A program made the translations under genes and the position numbers. Under the pieces are notes generated by a model that worked only from the letters and a program-made list of their open reading frames with translations, ran no database searches and was not told where the DNA came from. Below are positions 27,408-37,055 of a DNA stretch of 51,361 bases, piece after piece. Each line of letters opens with the position of its first letter. Position 1 is the stretch's first letter. This DNA is from Chloroflexota bacterium (lineage in GTDB: Bacteria > Chloroflexota > Limnocylindria > Limnocylindrales > CSP1-4): assembly GCA_040882345.1 (NCBI GenBank), contig JBBEBL010000263.1, positions 2,264 through 53,624 of the forward strand. Reading direction: 5' to 3'.

Positions 27408-29642
27408 CTAGCGGATGAACAGCGGCGCCATCACCAGGGTGATCGTGGCGAGCAACTTGACGAGGACGTGCAGCGACGGGCCGGCCGTGTCCTTGAACGG
27501 GTCGCCGACGGTATCGCCGACGACGGCCGCGGCGTGGGCGTCGGAACCCTTGCCGAGGACGTTGCCGTTCTCATCCTTGAGGTTGCCCGACTCGATGTAC
27601 TTCTTGGCGTTGTCCCACGCTCCGCCGCCGTTGTTCAGCACCGTCGCGAGCAGGACGCCCGAGATCGTGCCGACCATGAGCATGCCGGCGACCGCCTCAT
27701 AGCCGAGGAGGACGCCGACGATGATCGGCGTGGCCACCGCCACGAGCCCCGGGGCGACCATCTGGCGGAGGGCCGCCTTGGTCGTGATGTCCACGACGCG
27801 AGCGTAGTCCGGGCGCTGCGTGTAATCCATGATCCCGGGCATCTCCCGGAACTGCCGGCGGACCTCCACGATGATGGACTGCGCGGTGACGCCGACGGCG
27901 CGGATGGCCAGGCTGGAGAAGAAGTACACGAGCATCGCGGCGATGAGCGCCGCGATGAACACGTTGATGTTGGCGAGGTTGACCGACTCGAGGAGCTGGG
28001 CACCCGGAACACCCGCCTCGATGCGGCGGCCCTGGATGACGTTGATCTTGTCGATGTAGGCGGAGAACAGCAGGAACGCCGCCAGCGACGCGGAGGCGAT
28101 GGCGTAGCCCTTGGTCAGCGCCTTGGTCGTGTTGCCGACGGCATCGAGTCGATCGGTGATCTCGCGCGCGCCGGCCTCGGCGCGGCTGAACTCGGCGATC
28201 CCACCCGCGTTGTCCGTGATCGGACCGAAGGTGTCCATCGCGAGGATGTAGGCCGTGGTCATGAGCATGCCCATGGTCGCGACTGCGGTCCCGAAGATGC
28301 CGCCGACGTTGCGACCACCCTCGGCGATGAGATTCGCCTCGTTGCCGAGCCAGTAGCTCGCGAACAGGGCGATGGAGATCGTGACGGCGGTGACGAGCGT
28401 CGTCTCGAAGCCGACGGCGGTGCCGCTGATGATGTTCGTGGCCGGTCCTGTCCGCGACGCCTCGGCGATCTCGCGGACCGGACGATAGGAGCCCGCAGTG
28501 TAGAACTGGGTGATGTAGACGAAGGCGACGCTCGTCGCCAGGCCGACGACGCCGGCCAGGAAGAAGTAGACCCATGTCGGCAGCCCGAACGCTTCGCCGA
28601 TACCGCCGTTGGTGTCCATCATCACGTAGGTCGTGATGCCCAAACCGACCACGGACAGCAGGGTCGTCACCCAGTAGCCGCGGTTGAGCATGTTCATCGG
28701 GTCCTCGGTCTCCTTGCCGCGGACGAAGAAGATCGCGACGATCGTCGCCAGGAGCCCGAAGGCGCGCACGACGAGCGGGAAGAAGATCCAGGCCTCGGGG
28801 TTCGGCCAACCGGCGGTCTGGGCGATCGTGAAGGCCGCCACGCCCAGGATCATCGCGCCGATGTTCTCGGCCGCGGTCGATTCGAACAGGTCCGCCCCGC
28901 GGCCGGCGCAGTCGCCGACGTTGTCGCCCACGAGGTCGGCGATGACACCGGCGTTGCGGGGATCGTCCTCGGGGATGCCCTTCTCCACCTTGCCGACCAG
29001 GTCGGAGCCGACGTCGGCGGCCTTCGTGTAGATGCCGCCACCGAGCTGGGCGAAAAGCGCCACGAAGGACGCACCGAAGCCGAAGCCGACGATGAGGAAC
29101 GGGGCCTCGCGCACGGTCACGCCGCCGACGACGGCGCTATACAGGGTGAAGATCCCCCACACGCCCAGCAGCGACAGGGCCACCACGAGGAAGCCGGATA
29201 CCGCGCCGCCGCGCATGGCCACCTGGACCGCCTCGACCAGGCTGCGCCGCGCCGCCGAGGCGGTGCGCACGTTGGCCTTGACGCTGATGTACATGCCGAT
29301 GATGCCCGACGCCATGGAGCACGCCGCACCGACGAGGAACGAGAACGCCGTCATGAGCCCGATCGGCACACCGGCGAGTTCCGGGACATCGGCGACTTCC
29401 GGGGTCTCGACCAGGGTGATGACCACGAAGAGGATCACCGACCCGACGAGGGCCAGGATGCCGATCGTGGAGTACTGGCGCCGGATGAAGGCCACCGCCC
29501 CCTCGAAGATGGTGCCGGCGACGGCCTGCATCTCCGGAGTTCCCGTGTCACGGGCAAGGACGTCGCGGGCCAGGTAGATCGCGAACAGGATCGCGATGAT
29601 GCCGGCTGGCAGGATGATGAGCTGGAGCGTGCTCGCGTCCAT
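27408..29642 (-). CDS. hppA: Membrane-bound proton-translocating pyrophosphatase (K+-independent type signature)
   Basis: Start placed at MDASTLQLIILPAG. Motifs: DNVGDCAGRGADLFES, GPITDNAGG, DAVGNTTKALTKGYAI (Lys in GNTTKA) and VGDTVGDPFKDTAGPS. 744 aa. Confidence 0.92.
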   Translation of the reverse strand: MDASTLQLIILPAGIIAILFAIYLARDVLARDTGTPEMQAVAGTIFEGAVAFIRRQYSTIGILALVGSVILFVVITLVETPEVADVPELAGVPIGLMTAFSFLVGAACSMASGIIGMYISVKANVRTASAARRSLVEAVQVAMRGGAVSGFLVVALSLLGVWGIFTLYSAVVGGVTVREAPFLIVGFGFGASFVALFAQLGGGIYTKAADVGSDLVGKVEKGIPEDDPRNAGVIADLVGDNVGDCAGRGADLFESTAAENIGAMILGVAAFTIAQTAGWPNPEAWIFFPLVVRAFGLLATIVAIFFVRGKETEDPMNMLNRGYWVTTLLSVVGLGITTYVMMDTNGGIGEAFGLPTWVYFFLAGVVGLATSVAFVYITQFYTAGSYRPVREIAEASRTGPATNIISGTAVGFETTLVTAVTISIALFASYWLGNEANLIAEGGRNVGGIFGTAVATMGMLMTTAYILAMDTFGPITDNAGGIAEFSRAEAGAREITDRLDAVGNTTKALTKGYAIASASLAAFLLFSAYIDKINVIQGRRIEAGVPGAQLLESVNLANINVFIAALIAAMLVYFFSSLAIRAVGVTAQSIIVEVRRQFREMPGIMDYTQRPDYARVVDITTKAALRQMVAPGLVAVATPIIVGVLLGYEAVAGMLMVGTISGVLLATVLNNGGGAWDNAKKYIESGNLKDENGNVLGKGSDAHAAAVVGDTVGDPFKDTAGPSLHVLVKLLATITLVMAPLFIR

Positions 29643-29925
29643 CGAGGTTGTTCGGGTCCTCCACAAGGGTGATGGCCGGTGGTCCCGACCCGCGGCGCGG
29701 GGGCATGCGCCGCCGCGGGCGGGTGGGGTTCTGGAACGTGCCTGGGGCCCGGGCGCCATGCACCGATGGCTGGGACCTTGCAGGCCGGCGCGAGTGTACT
29801 GCCCGTGACTTTCGCCGGTCAATCGGCGGCACGGCGCTGGATATGCATCACGGTGACGACCGGCGGTCGGTCGCCCGGAGGCCGCGGCGGCGGGCGGGTC
29901 CGGCGGCCCCTATACTGCCGGACTT

Positions 29926-30522
29926 GTGAGCCAACGACCCGCGCTGGGGTGTCTCTTCGAGATCGTCGAGACCCTCGTCCTGACCCTGATCATCTTCCTT
30001 GTCATCCAGAACTTCGTCGCGCAGCCGTACAAGGTCCAGCAGCAATCCATGGAGCGGACGCTGGAGCCGGAGCAGTACGTCCTGGTGGACAAGCTGACGC
30101 CCCGCTTCGACACGTACAAGCGCGGGGACATCGTCGTCTTCAAGCCGCCGACGGACTGGGGCCAGGAAGACACGCCGTTCATCAAGCGGGTGATCGGCGA
30201 GGGCGGCGACCGTGTGGACATCCGCGACGACGGTCACGTCTACATCAACGGAGCCGTCCTGGACGAGCCGTATGTCTACGCGGGGCCGGACGGTGATCCG
30301 CAGCCGACCAACGCATCCCTCGATCAGGCGTCCTGGACGATCCCGGACGGCCAGCTGTTCCTGATGGGCGATCATCGCTCCAACTCCGCGGACTCGCGAA
30401 CGTTCGGGCCGGTGGACGTCGACCAGGTCATCGGGCGGGCGTGGCTGCGCTACTGGCCGTTCGACACCTTCGGGGTCCTGGAGACGCCGGTCTTCCCGGG
30501 CCTCGTGCCGACCTCCCCGTGA
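29926..30522 (+). CDS. lepB: Signal peptidase I
   Basis: N-terminal TM segment, then SMERTL (catalytic Ser box), GDIVVF, IKRVIG and MGDHRSNSADSR. A TATACT box at 29911-29916 lies 9 nt upstream of the GTG start. Confidence 0.9.
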   Translation: MSQRPALGCLFEIVETLVLTLIIFLVIQNFVAQPYKVQQQSMERTLEPEQYVLVDKLTPRFDTYKRGDIVVFKPPTDWGQEDTPFIKRVIGEGGDRVDIRDDGHVYINGAVLDEPYVYAGPDGDPQPTNASLDQASWTIPDGQLFLMGDHRSNSADSRTFGPVDVDQVIGRAWLRYWPFDTFGVLETPVFPGLVPTSP

Positions 30523-30529
30523 CGGACCG

Positions 30530-31249
30530 GTGAACCCCATCCTGGCGGGGGTCACCGTGGCGGTCGTCGCCGGGGCCATCGTCGCGGTCTCAGTCCGTGA
30601 CGCGCGGATCGCCGTCCTGGCCCTCGCCCTGACCATGATCCTGTCGCCGATGATCGCCGACCCTAGCCCCGGACCGGTGGGCCTCGCCGCCCGGCTGGTG
30701 GGCGCCATCCTGGCCACGTACCTGTTGTGGATGGCCGTGCGCGACCGGGCATCGGCTGGGGCCATCGCCGGCCGACCGCTGGCGCCGACCGGCGGGTCCC
30801 GGATCGGATGGCCGGCGGAGGTCCTCGTCGCGGCAGCCGCGTCCATCGTCGGGATAGCGGCCCACGGCCTCGGCGCGACGGCCGGGGGACCGGACATGGC
30901 AAGCGTGGCCGGCTTCGCGGTGGCTGCCCTGGCGGTGACCCCGGTGCTCTCCGGGAGTGACGTGCTGCGGGTGGGACTCGGCCTGTTCCTGCTTCTGGAT
31001 GCCGCGCTGCTCGTGCGCGTCGGGCTGGACGGCACGCCGGACCCGCTGGAGCATCTCGTCATCGCCGGGCTGACCGTGGTCCTTGGCGGCTCGCTGGCCG
31101 CGCTCGCCGCGGCTGCCCGGTCAGACGGCGCGGGCGGGCTCGACCTCGTCGAGGACCCGGAGCCCCGGCGGCGGCGCGACCCGGACGCCCATCCACTGGA
31201 CCACGCAGCCGACCGCGCTTCCGACCACGCCTCCGGCGACCCGTTCTAA
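30530..31249 (+). CDS. Hypothetical polytopic membrane protein (239 aa) with an acidic/His-rich tail
   Basis: About six hydrophobic segments rich in Ala/Leu/Val. I recognise no motif. It lies 8 nt after lepB and 23 nt before the next membrane protein. Confidence 0.55.
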   Translation: MNPILAGVTVAVVAGAIVAVSVRDARIAVLALALTMILSPMIADPSPGPVGLAARLVGAILATYLLWMAVRDRASAGAIAGRPLAPTGGSRIGWPAEVLVAAAASIVGIAAHGLGATAGGPDMASVAGFAVAALAVTPVLSGSDVLRVGLGLFLLLDAALLVRVGLDGTPDPLEHLVIAGLTVVLGGSLAALAAAARSDGAGGLDLVEDPEPRRRRDPDAHPLDHAADRASDHASGDPF

Positions 31250-31272
31250 AGAGAGCGCAGGGACCACCCAGC

Positions 31273-32790
31273 ATGACCCTCCTCCCCTTCCTCATCGTCA
31301 CGGTCGGCGGCGCGGTGGCCGTCCTGCTCGTTCGTGGGCCGGAGCGCCTGGCCACGTTCATCGGCCTGCTGGCCCTGCTCGCCGCGCTCGCGACGGCGCT
31401 GGCGATCGAACCCGGCGAGTCCCTGGTCATGGGCGGCAGCGGCATCGCCACCACCTCGTACCTGCGGCTGTTCCTGGTCCTTGGCGCCGGGGCCGGCCTT
31501 CTGCTCGCCGTCATCGGCACAGCCGCCGGCAGCCGACGGGACGCGACGGCCGTCACCCTCGCGATCCTCGGGACGTCGGCGCTGGCGCTCTCGATCCCGG
31601 ACACGCTGCTCGCCGTGATGGCCGCCACGGCCGGCGGGCTGTTCGGGGCGCTCCTGTGCATCGCCCCACTCGGCGGCCGGGCCGGGGCGACCGTCGGCAC
31701 TCGCGCACTGCGCGCGACGATCGTCGCCGGCACCATCGCGATCGCGGCGGCGGCGTGGATCGGTCGCGATCTCTCCGACCTGGCGGCCCAGCCGGTGGTC
31801 TTCGGGCTCGCCTATCTGGCCATGGCCGTGGCCGTCGCCATCCGCTTCGGGGCGATCCCGTTCCATGCCTGGGCGGCGCGCCTGGCCGACGCCGTCCCCG
31901 AGACCTCTCTGCCGCTCGTCACCGCCTGGGCCCCGGCAGCCATGGCCATCGTCGCGCTGGCCTGGATGGATGCGTCCATCGCACCGCTGCTCGTGGACCT
32001 GGAACAGGCCAGGGCCGTGGTCGTGGCCATCGCCCTCGCGTCCATCGGGCTGGCGTCCGTCGCGGCTCTCATCCAGGACGACGTGGAACACGTCGTGGGT
32101 TATGCCATCGTGGGCGACGCCGGGGTCGTGATCCTGGCCATCGCCGCCCTGGACCCAGAGGCGTGGGCCCCTGCCCGGATGTGGATCCTGTCGTTCGTCG
32201 TCGCCCGAACGGCCTTCGCAGCCTGGGCCGCGGCGCTCCGGGCGACCTTCTTCACCGGTCGCCTGGCGGACCTGCGCGGCTGGGCGATCCGGTCGCCGCT
32301 GCTCGCCGTGGCGTTCCTCCTCGTCGTCGGCGCCAGCATCGGGCTGCCGGGCCTCGCGGCGTTCGAGGCGCGAGGGGCGCTGATCGACCTCACGATCGAC
32401 GGGCCGCTGGCGCTCGTCGCGTGGGTCGGCGTGTTATCGCCACTCGCCTACTACGGACGACTCCTGCTCATCGGGCTTGGCCGATCCGCTCCGCGCGCGG
32501 GTGGTCCCTCCACGTGGCGACCGCAGCTCCGGGCTCTCGACCTGACCGACCTGCGGCGCTGGGGGTCCATGGCCTGGTCTGACAACCGGGCCTTTGCGGC
32601 GACCGTGAGCGCCGTGACCGTCGCCGTCCTGGCCGTGGCCGTGTCCGTCGGGGCATTCGGTGCCCCGGCAGCCGCCGCCGGCCTGCCCCCGATCGTGCGG
32701 GACGTGACGGAAATCTTCCAGCCGGACCGCCCGGACGATCCCGGCGAGTCCGGGCCGTCCTTCGAGCCGATCCCGGTCCCGTCAGGCTAG
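31273..32790 (+). CDS. Divergent NuoN/MrpD-like (proton-conducting membrane transporter fold) protein, orphan
   Basis: 505 aa, about 14 TM segments. FGAIPFHAWAARLADAVPETSLPLVTAW resembles the PFHxWxPDxYEGAPT helix. GASIGLPGLAAFEARGALI resembles the G(I/L)PPxxGFxxK helix, but the usual Lys/Glu positions are substituted. Confidence 0.45.
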   Translation: MTLLPFLIVTVGGAVAVLLVRGPERLATFIGLLALLAALATALAIEPGESLVMGGSGIATTSYLRLFLVLGAGAGLLLAVIGTAAGSRRDATAVTLAILGTSALALSIPDTLLAVMAATAGGLFGALLCIAPLGGRAGATVGTRALRATIVAGTIAIAAAAWIGRDLSDLAAQPVVFGLAYLAMAVAVAIRFGAIPFHAWAARLADAVPETSLPLVTAWAPAAMAIVALAWMDASIAPLLVDLEQARAVVVAIALASIGLASVAALIQDDVEHVVGYAIVGDAGVVILAIAALDPEAWAPARMWILSFVVARTAFAAWAAALRATFFTGRLADLRGWAIRSPLLAVAFLLVVGASIGLPGLAAFEARGALIDLTIDGPLALVAWVGVLSPLAYYGRLLLIGLGRSAPRAGGPSTWRPQLRALDLTDLRRWGSMAWSDNRAFAATVSAVTVAVLAVAVSVGAFGAPAAAAGLPPIVRDVTEIFQPDRPDDPGESGPSFEPIPVPSG

Positions 32791-32816
32791 CGGCAACGAC
32801 GAGTCGAGCGGCGCCG

Positions 32817-33278
32817 TCAGTCGGCCGGGGCGAGGACCCAGCGATCGACATCGCGGTCGTAGGCGAACAGTTCGTCGTCGTCGAACCACAGCGCGAGCTC
32901 CGTCGCCGCCGCCTCCGGACCGTCCGAGGCATGGACGATGTTCTGGGCCGTCTCCAGCGCGAAGTCGCCGCGGATGGTTCCCGGAGTCGCCTCGTGCGGC
33001 CGGGTCGCCCCGTTGATCGCGCGGACGACGGCGATGGCGTTGGGCCCCTCCAGGGCCAGCGCGACGAGCGGCGCGGAGGTGATGAAATCCACGAGCCCGC
33101 CGAAGAACGGCTTCTCGCGGTGCGACTCGTAGTGCGCCGCCGCCGTGTCGCGGGACACGTGGACGAGCTTCAGGCCGACGACCTTGAGGCCGCGCTCCTC
33201 GTAGCGCGCGAGGATGCGCCCGGCCAGCTGGCGCTGGACGCCGTCGGGCTTGATCAGGACGAGGGTGCGTTCCGTCAC
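32817..33278 (-). CDS. ndk: Nucleoside diphosphate kinase
   Basis: ERTLVLIKPDGVQR..GPNAI..TIRGDFA..NIVHASD (active-site His). GTGA overlap with the upstream gene. Confidence 0.93.
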   Translation of the reverse strand: MTERTLVLIKPDGVQRQLAGRILARYEERGLKVVGLKLVHVSRDTAAAHYESHREKPFFGGLVDFITSAPLVALALEGPNAIAVVRAINGATRPHEATPGTIRGDFALETAQNIVHASDGPEAAATELALWFDDDELFAYDRDVDRWVLAPAD

Positions 33279-34141
33279 GCGGGGTCTCCTTCATGTGGGG
33301 GTTCGAGGGTCGTGGTGACGTCGGGGCGCAATGCGCGGGCGAAGGCGCGACGGGCCTCCAGCTCACGACCCACGAGACGATAGGCGTCGCCGCGCACGAA
33401 CGCGAGCTCCGCCGACCGGTCCGCGCCGACCAGGTCCAGGACGGCCGGGGCCAGCACGGGACTGAGCCTCAGGACCAGCCCGAGATGGACGGCGGCAGCG
33501 TCATGGCGGCCCGCGACCAGGGCGTCCCGGCCGCGCTCCAGCTCGGCATCGGGAGCCGGCAGATCCAGCGCCGCGCTCGCCTCGTCCGCGCCGACGTCGA
33601 GGTCATCCCACAGGGCGAACGACGCGGGATCGCGCGCCGTCGCCGCGTCGGGCGACAGGTCGGCATCGGTCACGAGGCCGGCGGACCCGACCGTCGCGAC
33701 ATCGAACAGCGTGGGGTCCGGGGGCGGCAGGTCGGCTGGATCCGGGGGCCACACGGCCGCGCGCGGCATGCCGGCGAAGACCGCGTCCAGCGTCGCCCCG
33801 GCCGCGGCCACGGCCCGCTCGGCGAGGCGGCGCGACTCGGTCGGACGGCCACGCGCCATGGCCGCCTCCGCGGCGACGACCAGGGCCAGCAGCGGTCCGT
33901 CATCCGCGTCGCCGAGGATCACCTGCGCGGCCTCACCCGCCCCGGTCACGTCACCCGTTCGCCAGCGCACCTCGGCGAGGTCCACGAGGCCGTCGTCGTC
34001 CAGCGCGTCGCGGCCGGCGAGCGTTTCCAGCTCTGCACGGGCCAGCGCCAGCGACCCCAGGCGCAGGTGGAGCCGGGCAAGCTCCAGGTCGGCGGAACGG
34101 GCCGGCGTCGGCGCCCCTGGCGAGGTCGAGGTCGGCGTCAT
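33275..34141 (-). CDS. Hypothetical Ala/Asp-rich protein with possible TPR-like helical repeats
   Basis: Start placed at MTPTSTSPG (ATG at 34141, 7 nt after the M16 peptidase stop). No catalytic motif recognised. It is coupled to ndk. Confidence 0.5.
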   Translation of the reverse strand: MTPTSTSPGAPTPARSADLELARLHLRLGSLALARAELETLAGRDALDDDGLVDLAEVRWRTGDVTGAGEAAQVILGDADDGPLLALVVAAEAAMARGRPTESRRLAERAVAAAGATLDAVFAGMPRAAVWPPDPADLPPPDPTLFDVATVGSAGLVTDADLSPDAATARDPASFALWDDLDVGADEASAALDLPAPDAELERGRDALVAGRHDAAAVHLGLVLRLSPVLAPAVLDLVGADRSAELAFVRGDAYRLVGRELEARRAFARALRPDVTTTLEPPHEGDPA

Positions 34142-34148
34142 CGGATGC

Positions 34149-35417
34149 TCACGCCGGCAACCGCAGCCGGCGCTCCAGGCCGCGCAGGTACCGTGCCGGC
34201 GCGACGGCGGCCAGCCGAAGCCTGTCGTCATGGAACAGGTCGCCGGCCACGCGCTGGACGTCCTCCGCGCGAACCGCGTCCACGGCCACGAGCGCCTCGT
34301 CCAGCGTCAGGACGCGGTCGTGCAGGGCCTCCTGCCCGCCGATCCACGATGCGACGTGGCGCGTCTCGTCCATCCGCAGCTCCAGCCCGCCAGCCAGATA
34401 CCGCTTCGCCTTGCCGAGCTCGTCGTCCGCGACGAGGTCGTCGCGCAGGCGTGCGAGTTCGGCGAGGATCGCGTCCAGGGCCTCCGGCAGGCTCGCCGGG
34501 TCGACGCCGGCGGACACCTCAAGGGCTCCGGCGTCGCTGTAGTCCACGAGGCCGGAACCGATGTCGTACGCGAGACCAAGCTCCTCGCGGACGGACAGGA
34601 ACAGCCGGCTGCTCATGCCGTCGCCAAGGACGCCGTTGAGGACCGCCAGCGTCCAGCTGTCCCGATGATCGCGTGGCAGTGCCGGCAGCCCCAGCACCAG
34701 CTGGGCCTGCGCCGTGCTTCGCTTGCCGACTCGCACTCGCTCACCGGCCGGCAGCGGCGGCGCCGGCTCGTAGCCCGGGATCGCGCCGTTCCCGGTCCCA
34801 AAGGCGGCGGCGGCCAACTCCACGGCCTGCTCGTGCGCGAGGTCGCCCGCCACGGCGACCACGGTGTTGGCAGGGCGGTAGAGGGTCTGCCAGAAGCTGC
34901 GGATGGTCGCGTCGGGGAGCGAGCGGATGCCGGCCTCGTCACCGCAGATCTCGCGGCCCAGCGGGCCGTCGCCGAAAAGCGCCACCTGGAACAGCGTCTG
35001 CGCGTACTCGGAAGGGTCGTCCTGGTAGGAGCGGATCTCCTCGATGATGACGGAGCGCTCACCCTGGATCTCGTCGGTGGCCAGGGACGGACGGACGATG
35101 AGTTCGCCCACGACGTCCATCGCCCGGCGTGCCTCGCGGACCGGGACCCGGACCCAGTAGACCGTGGACTCGCGGTCCGTTGCGGCGTTGAACGAGCCAC
35201 CGACCCCCTCGATCGCCTCGCTGATGGCGCGGGTGGTCGGGTACGCAGCCGTCCCCTTGAAGGTGATGTGCTCCATGAAGTGGGCGACACCGGCCTCGTC
35301 GGGCGACTCCAGGCGCGAGCCGGCCAGGACGTACGCGGCGATGGAGACCGAACGCGCCCCGGGGAGCCGGGAGCTGATGACGCGCGGCCCTTCCGGCAGC
35401 GCGGTCCGTTCGAACAT
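34149..35417 (-). CDS. M16 family zinc metallopeptidase (pitrilysin-like)
   Basis: GVAHFMEHITFKGT is the inverted HxxEH zinc motif. 422 aa. A TACCAT box at 35426-35431 lies 8 nt upstream of the ATG. Confidence 0.85.
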   Translation of the reverse strand: MFERTALPEGPRVISSRLPGARSVSIAAYVLAGSRLESPDEAGVAHFMEHITFKGTAAYPTTRAISEAIEGVGGSFNAATDRESTVYWVRVPVREARRAMDVVGELIVRPSLATDEIQGERSVIIEEIRSYQDDPSEYAQTLFQVALFGDGPLGREICGDEAGIRSLPDATIRSFWQTLYRPANTVVAVAGDLAHEQAVELAAAAFGTGNGAIPGYEPAPPLPAGERVRVGKRSTAQAQLVLGLPALPRDHRDSWTLAVLNGVLGDGMSSRLFLSVREELGLAYDIGSGLVDYSDAGALEVSAGVDPASLPEALDAILAELARLRDDLVADDELGKAKRYLAGGLELRMDETRHVASWIGGQEALHDRVLTLDEALVAVDAVRAEDVQRVAGDLFHDDRLRLAAVAPARYLRGLERRLRLPA

Positions 35418-35444
35418 CGCGACGGATGGTACAGGAATGACGAC

Positions 35445-35473
35445 GGCGCCCCGGCCATGGTGGACGGGGCGCC
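35445..35473 (-). terminator. Hairpin downstream of the purine permease gene
   Basis: GGCGCCCC (35445-35452) pairs with GGGGCGCC (35466-35473) across a 13-nt loop. The U tract is poor. Confidence 0.35.
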
Positions 35474-35514
35474 GCTGGTCGCGCGGTCCGGTGGGCGCCG
35501 GACCCTCGCCAGGC

Positions 35515-36906
35515 CTAGATGCCGAGGGTCTGCTGAAGCCAGGGGATGGCGAAGTAGACGACGAAGGCCAGCGATGCAGCCCACATCAGCGGATGGATCT
35601 CGCTCATCCGGCCGCGGACGGTCTTGAGGAAGACGTACGAGATGAACCCGACCGCGATGCCATCGGTGATCGAGTACGTCAGGGGCATGACGATGAGCGT
35701 GGCGAGGACGGGGAAGACATCGTCGATCTCGCCCCACTCGATATCCTTGATGTTGCGGAACATCAGGTAGCCCACGACGACCAGGGCGGCGGCCGTGGCC
35801 TGGGCCGGCACGACGCCGGCGATCGGCGCGATGAGGATCGACGCCAGGAACAGGATCCCGACGACGACCGAGGTGAGCCCGGTGCGGCCGCCTTCGGACA
35901 CGCCGGCGGCCGACTCGATGTACGTGGTGTTGGAACTCGTGCTGAAGGCACCGCCCACCATCGCCGCGACCGAGTCCACGACCAGGACGTTACGGATGCC
36001 CGGCAGGCGCCCGTCCTCGTCCAGCAGGCCGGCTTCCTCGGACACGCCGATGACCGTGCCCATCGTGTCGAAGAAGTCGGACAGCATGAGGCTGAACACC
36101 ACCAGGGCCACCGTCAGGAAGCCCAGCTCAGGGTTCGTCCAGATGGAGATCAGGAACCCGAGCGGTGCGAGCAGCGTGGAGAAGTTGTCCGCGCTGAAGT
36201 CGAACAGGTACTGCTCAGGTAGCACCGCCTGCCCGGGCCCGAAGCCCGCCGACTCACCGAAGACCAAGCGCAGGACGATGGCCAGGATCGTGGCGGCGAT
36301 GATGCTGATGAGGAGCGCCGCGCGGACCCGCATCGCCATCAGGGCAAGGGCGAGGGCGAGGCCCACGACGAACGTCAGGAAGGCGGGCGTCGTGAGGTTG
36401 CCGAGGGTCACCGGGGTCCCGGCACCACCCTGCACGAAGCCGCCGTTGACGAGGCCGATGAACAGGATGAACAGGCCGATGCCCACGGCGATCGCTCGCT
36501 TCAGGGTCATCGGGATGGCGTGCATGATCGCCTCGCGCAGGCCGGTCAGCACGAGGATCGTGATGAGGATGCCTTCCCAGACGATGACCGCCATCGCTTC
36601 TTCCCACCGGAAGCCGCGTCCCAGGATGAGCTGGAACGCCACGACCGCATTGAGCCCGAGGCCTGCCGCCAGCGCGAACGGGTAATTCGCGATCAGCCCC
36701 ATCGCGATGGTCAGGATGCCCGCGGCGAGCGCGGTGGCGACCACGGTCGGCAGGAAGGGCGGGCCCAAGCCATCCAGCGGCCCACTCGAGAGGATGCTCG
36801 GGTTCACGAAGATGATGTAGGCCATGACCATGAACGTGGTCAGGCCCGCTCGGACCTCCGTCGAGACCGAGGTCCCCCGCTCACTGAGTCGGAAATACTG
36901 CTCCAC
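35515..36906 (-). CDS. NCS2/AzgA-family purine (adenine/guanine/hypoxanthine) permease
   Basis: VEQYFRLSERGTSVSTEVRAGLTTFMVMAYIIFVNPSIL is the typical N-terminus. The start is proposed at GTG 36906, with AAGGAGGG at 36918-25. The track start at 36939 is the alternative. Confidence 0.85.
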   Translation of the reverse strand: MEQYFRLSERGTSVSTEVRAGLTTFMVMAYIIFVNPSILSSGPLDGLGPPFLPTVVATALAAGILTIAMGLIANYPFALAAGLGLNAVVAFQLILGRGFRWEEAMAVIVWEGILITILVLTGLREAIMHAIPMTLKRAIAVGIGLFILFIGLVNGGFVQGGAGTPVTLGNLTTPAFLTFVVGLALALALMAMRVRAALLISIIAATILAIVLRLVFGESAGFGPGQAVLPEQYLFDFSADNFSTLLAPLGFLISIWTNPELGFLTVALVVFSLMLSDFFDTMGTVIGVSEEAGLLDEDGRLPGIRNVLVVDSVAAMVGGAFSTSSNTTYIESAAGVSEGGRTGLTSVVVGILFLASILIAPIAGVVPAQATAAALVVVGYLMFRNIKDIEWGEIDDVFPVLATLIVMPLTYSITDGIAVGFISYVFLKTVRGRMSEIHPLMWAASLAFVVYFAIPWLQQTLGI

Positions 36907-37055
36907 CTGGCGTCCGTCCCTCCTTCGCCCTTCCGGCACGCCGAGCCACCTTGGGCGGGCTCGGTCCGCGCCTTGGCCGCTTGTCCACCCGGGCCCTCTG
37001 GCCCTGGTGCCCCCACCGTGTTCGCCGGCACCGTCCGCGCCGGCTCCCGATCGCG

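Noticed and set aside
36907-37055. A purine (guanine/adenine) riboswitch upstream of the NCS2 purine permease.
   Set aside because: None of the conserved junction or loop sequences of the purine aptamer (U-rich J1/2, GGAUAUGG-type L2, CCGUAAAU-type L3) are present. Only GC-rich hairpins are seen.
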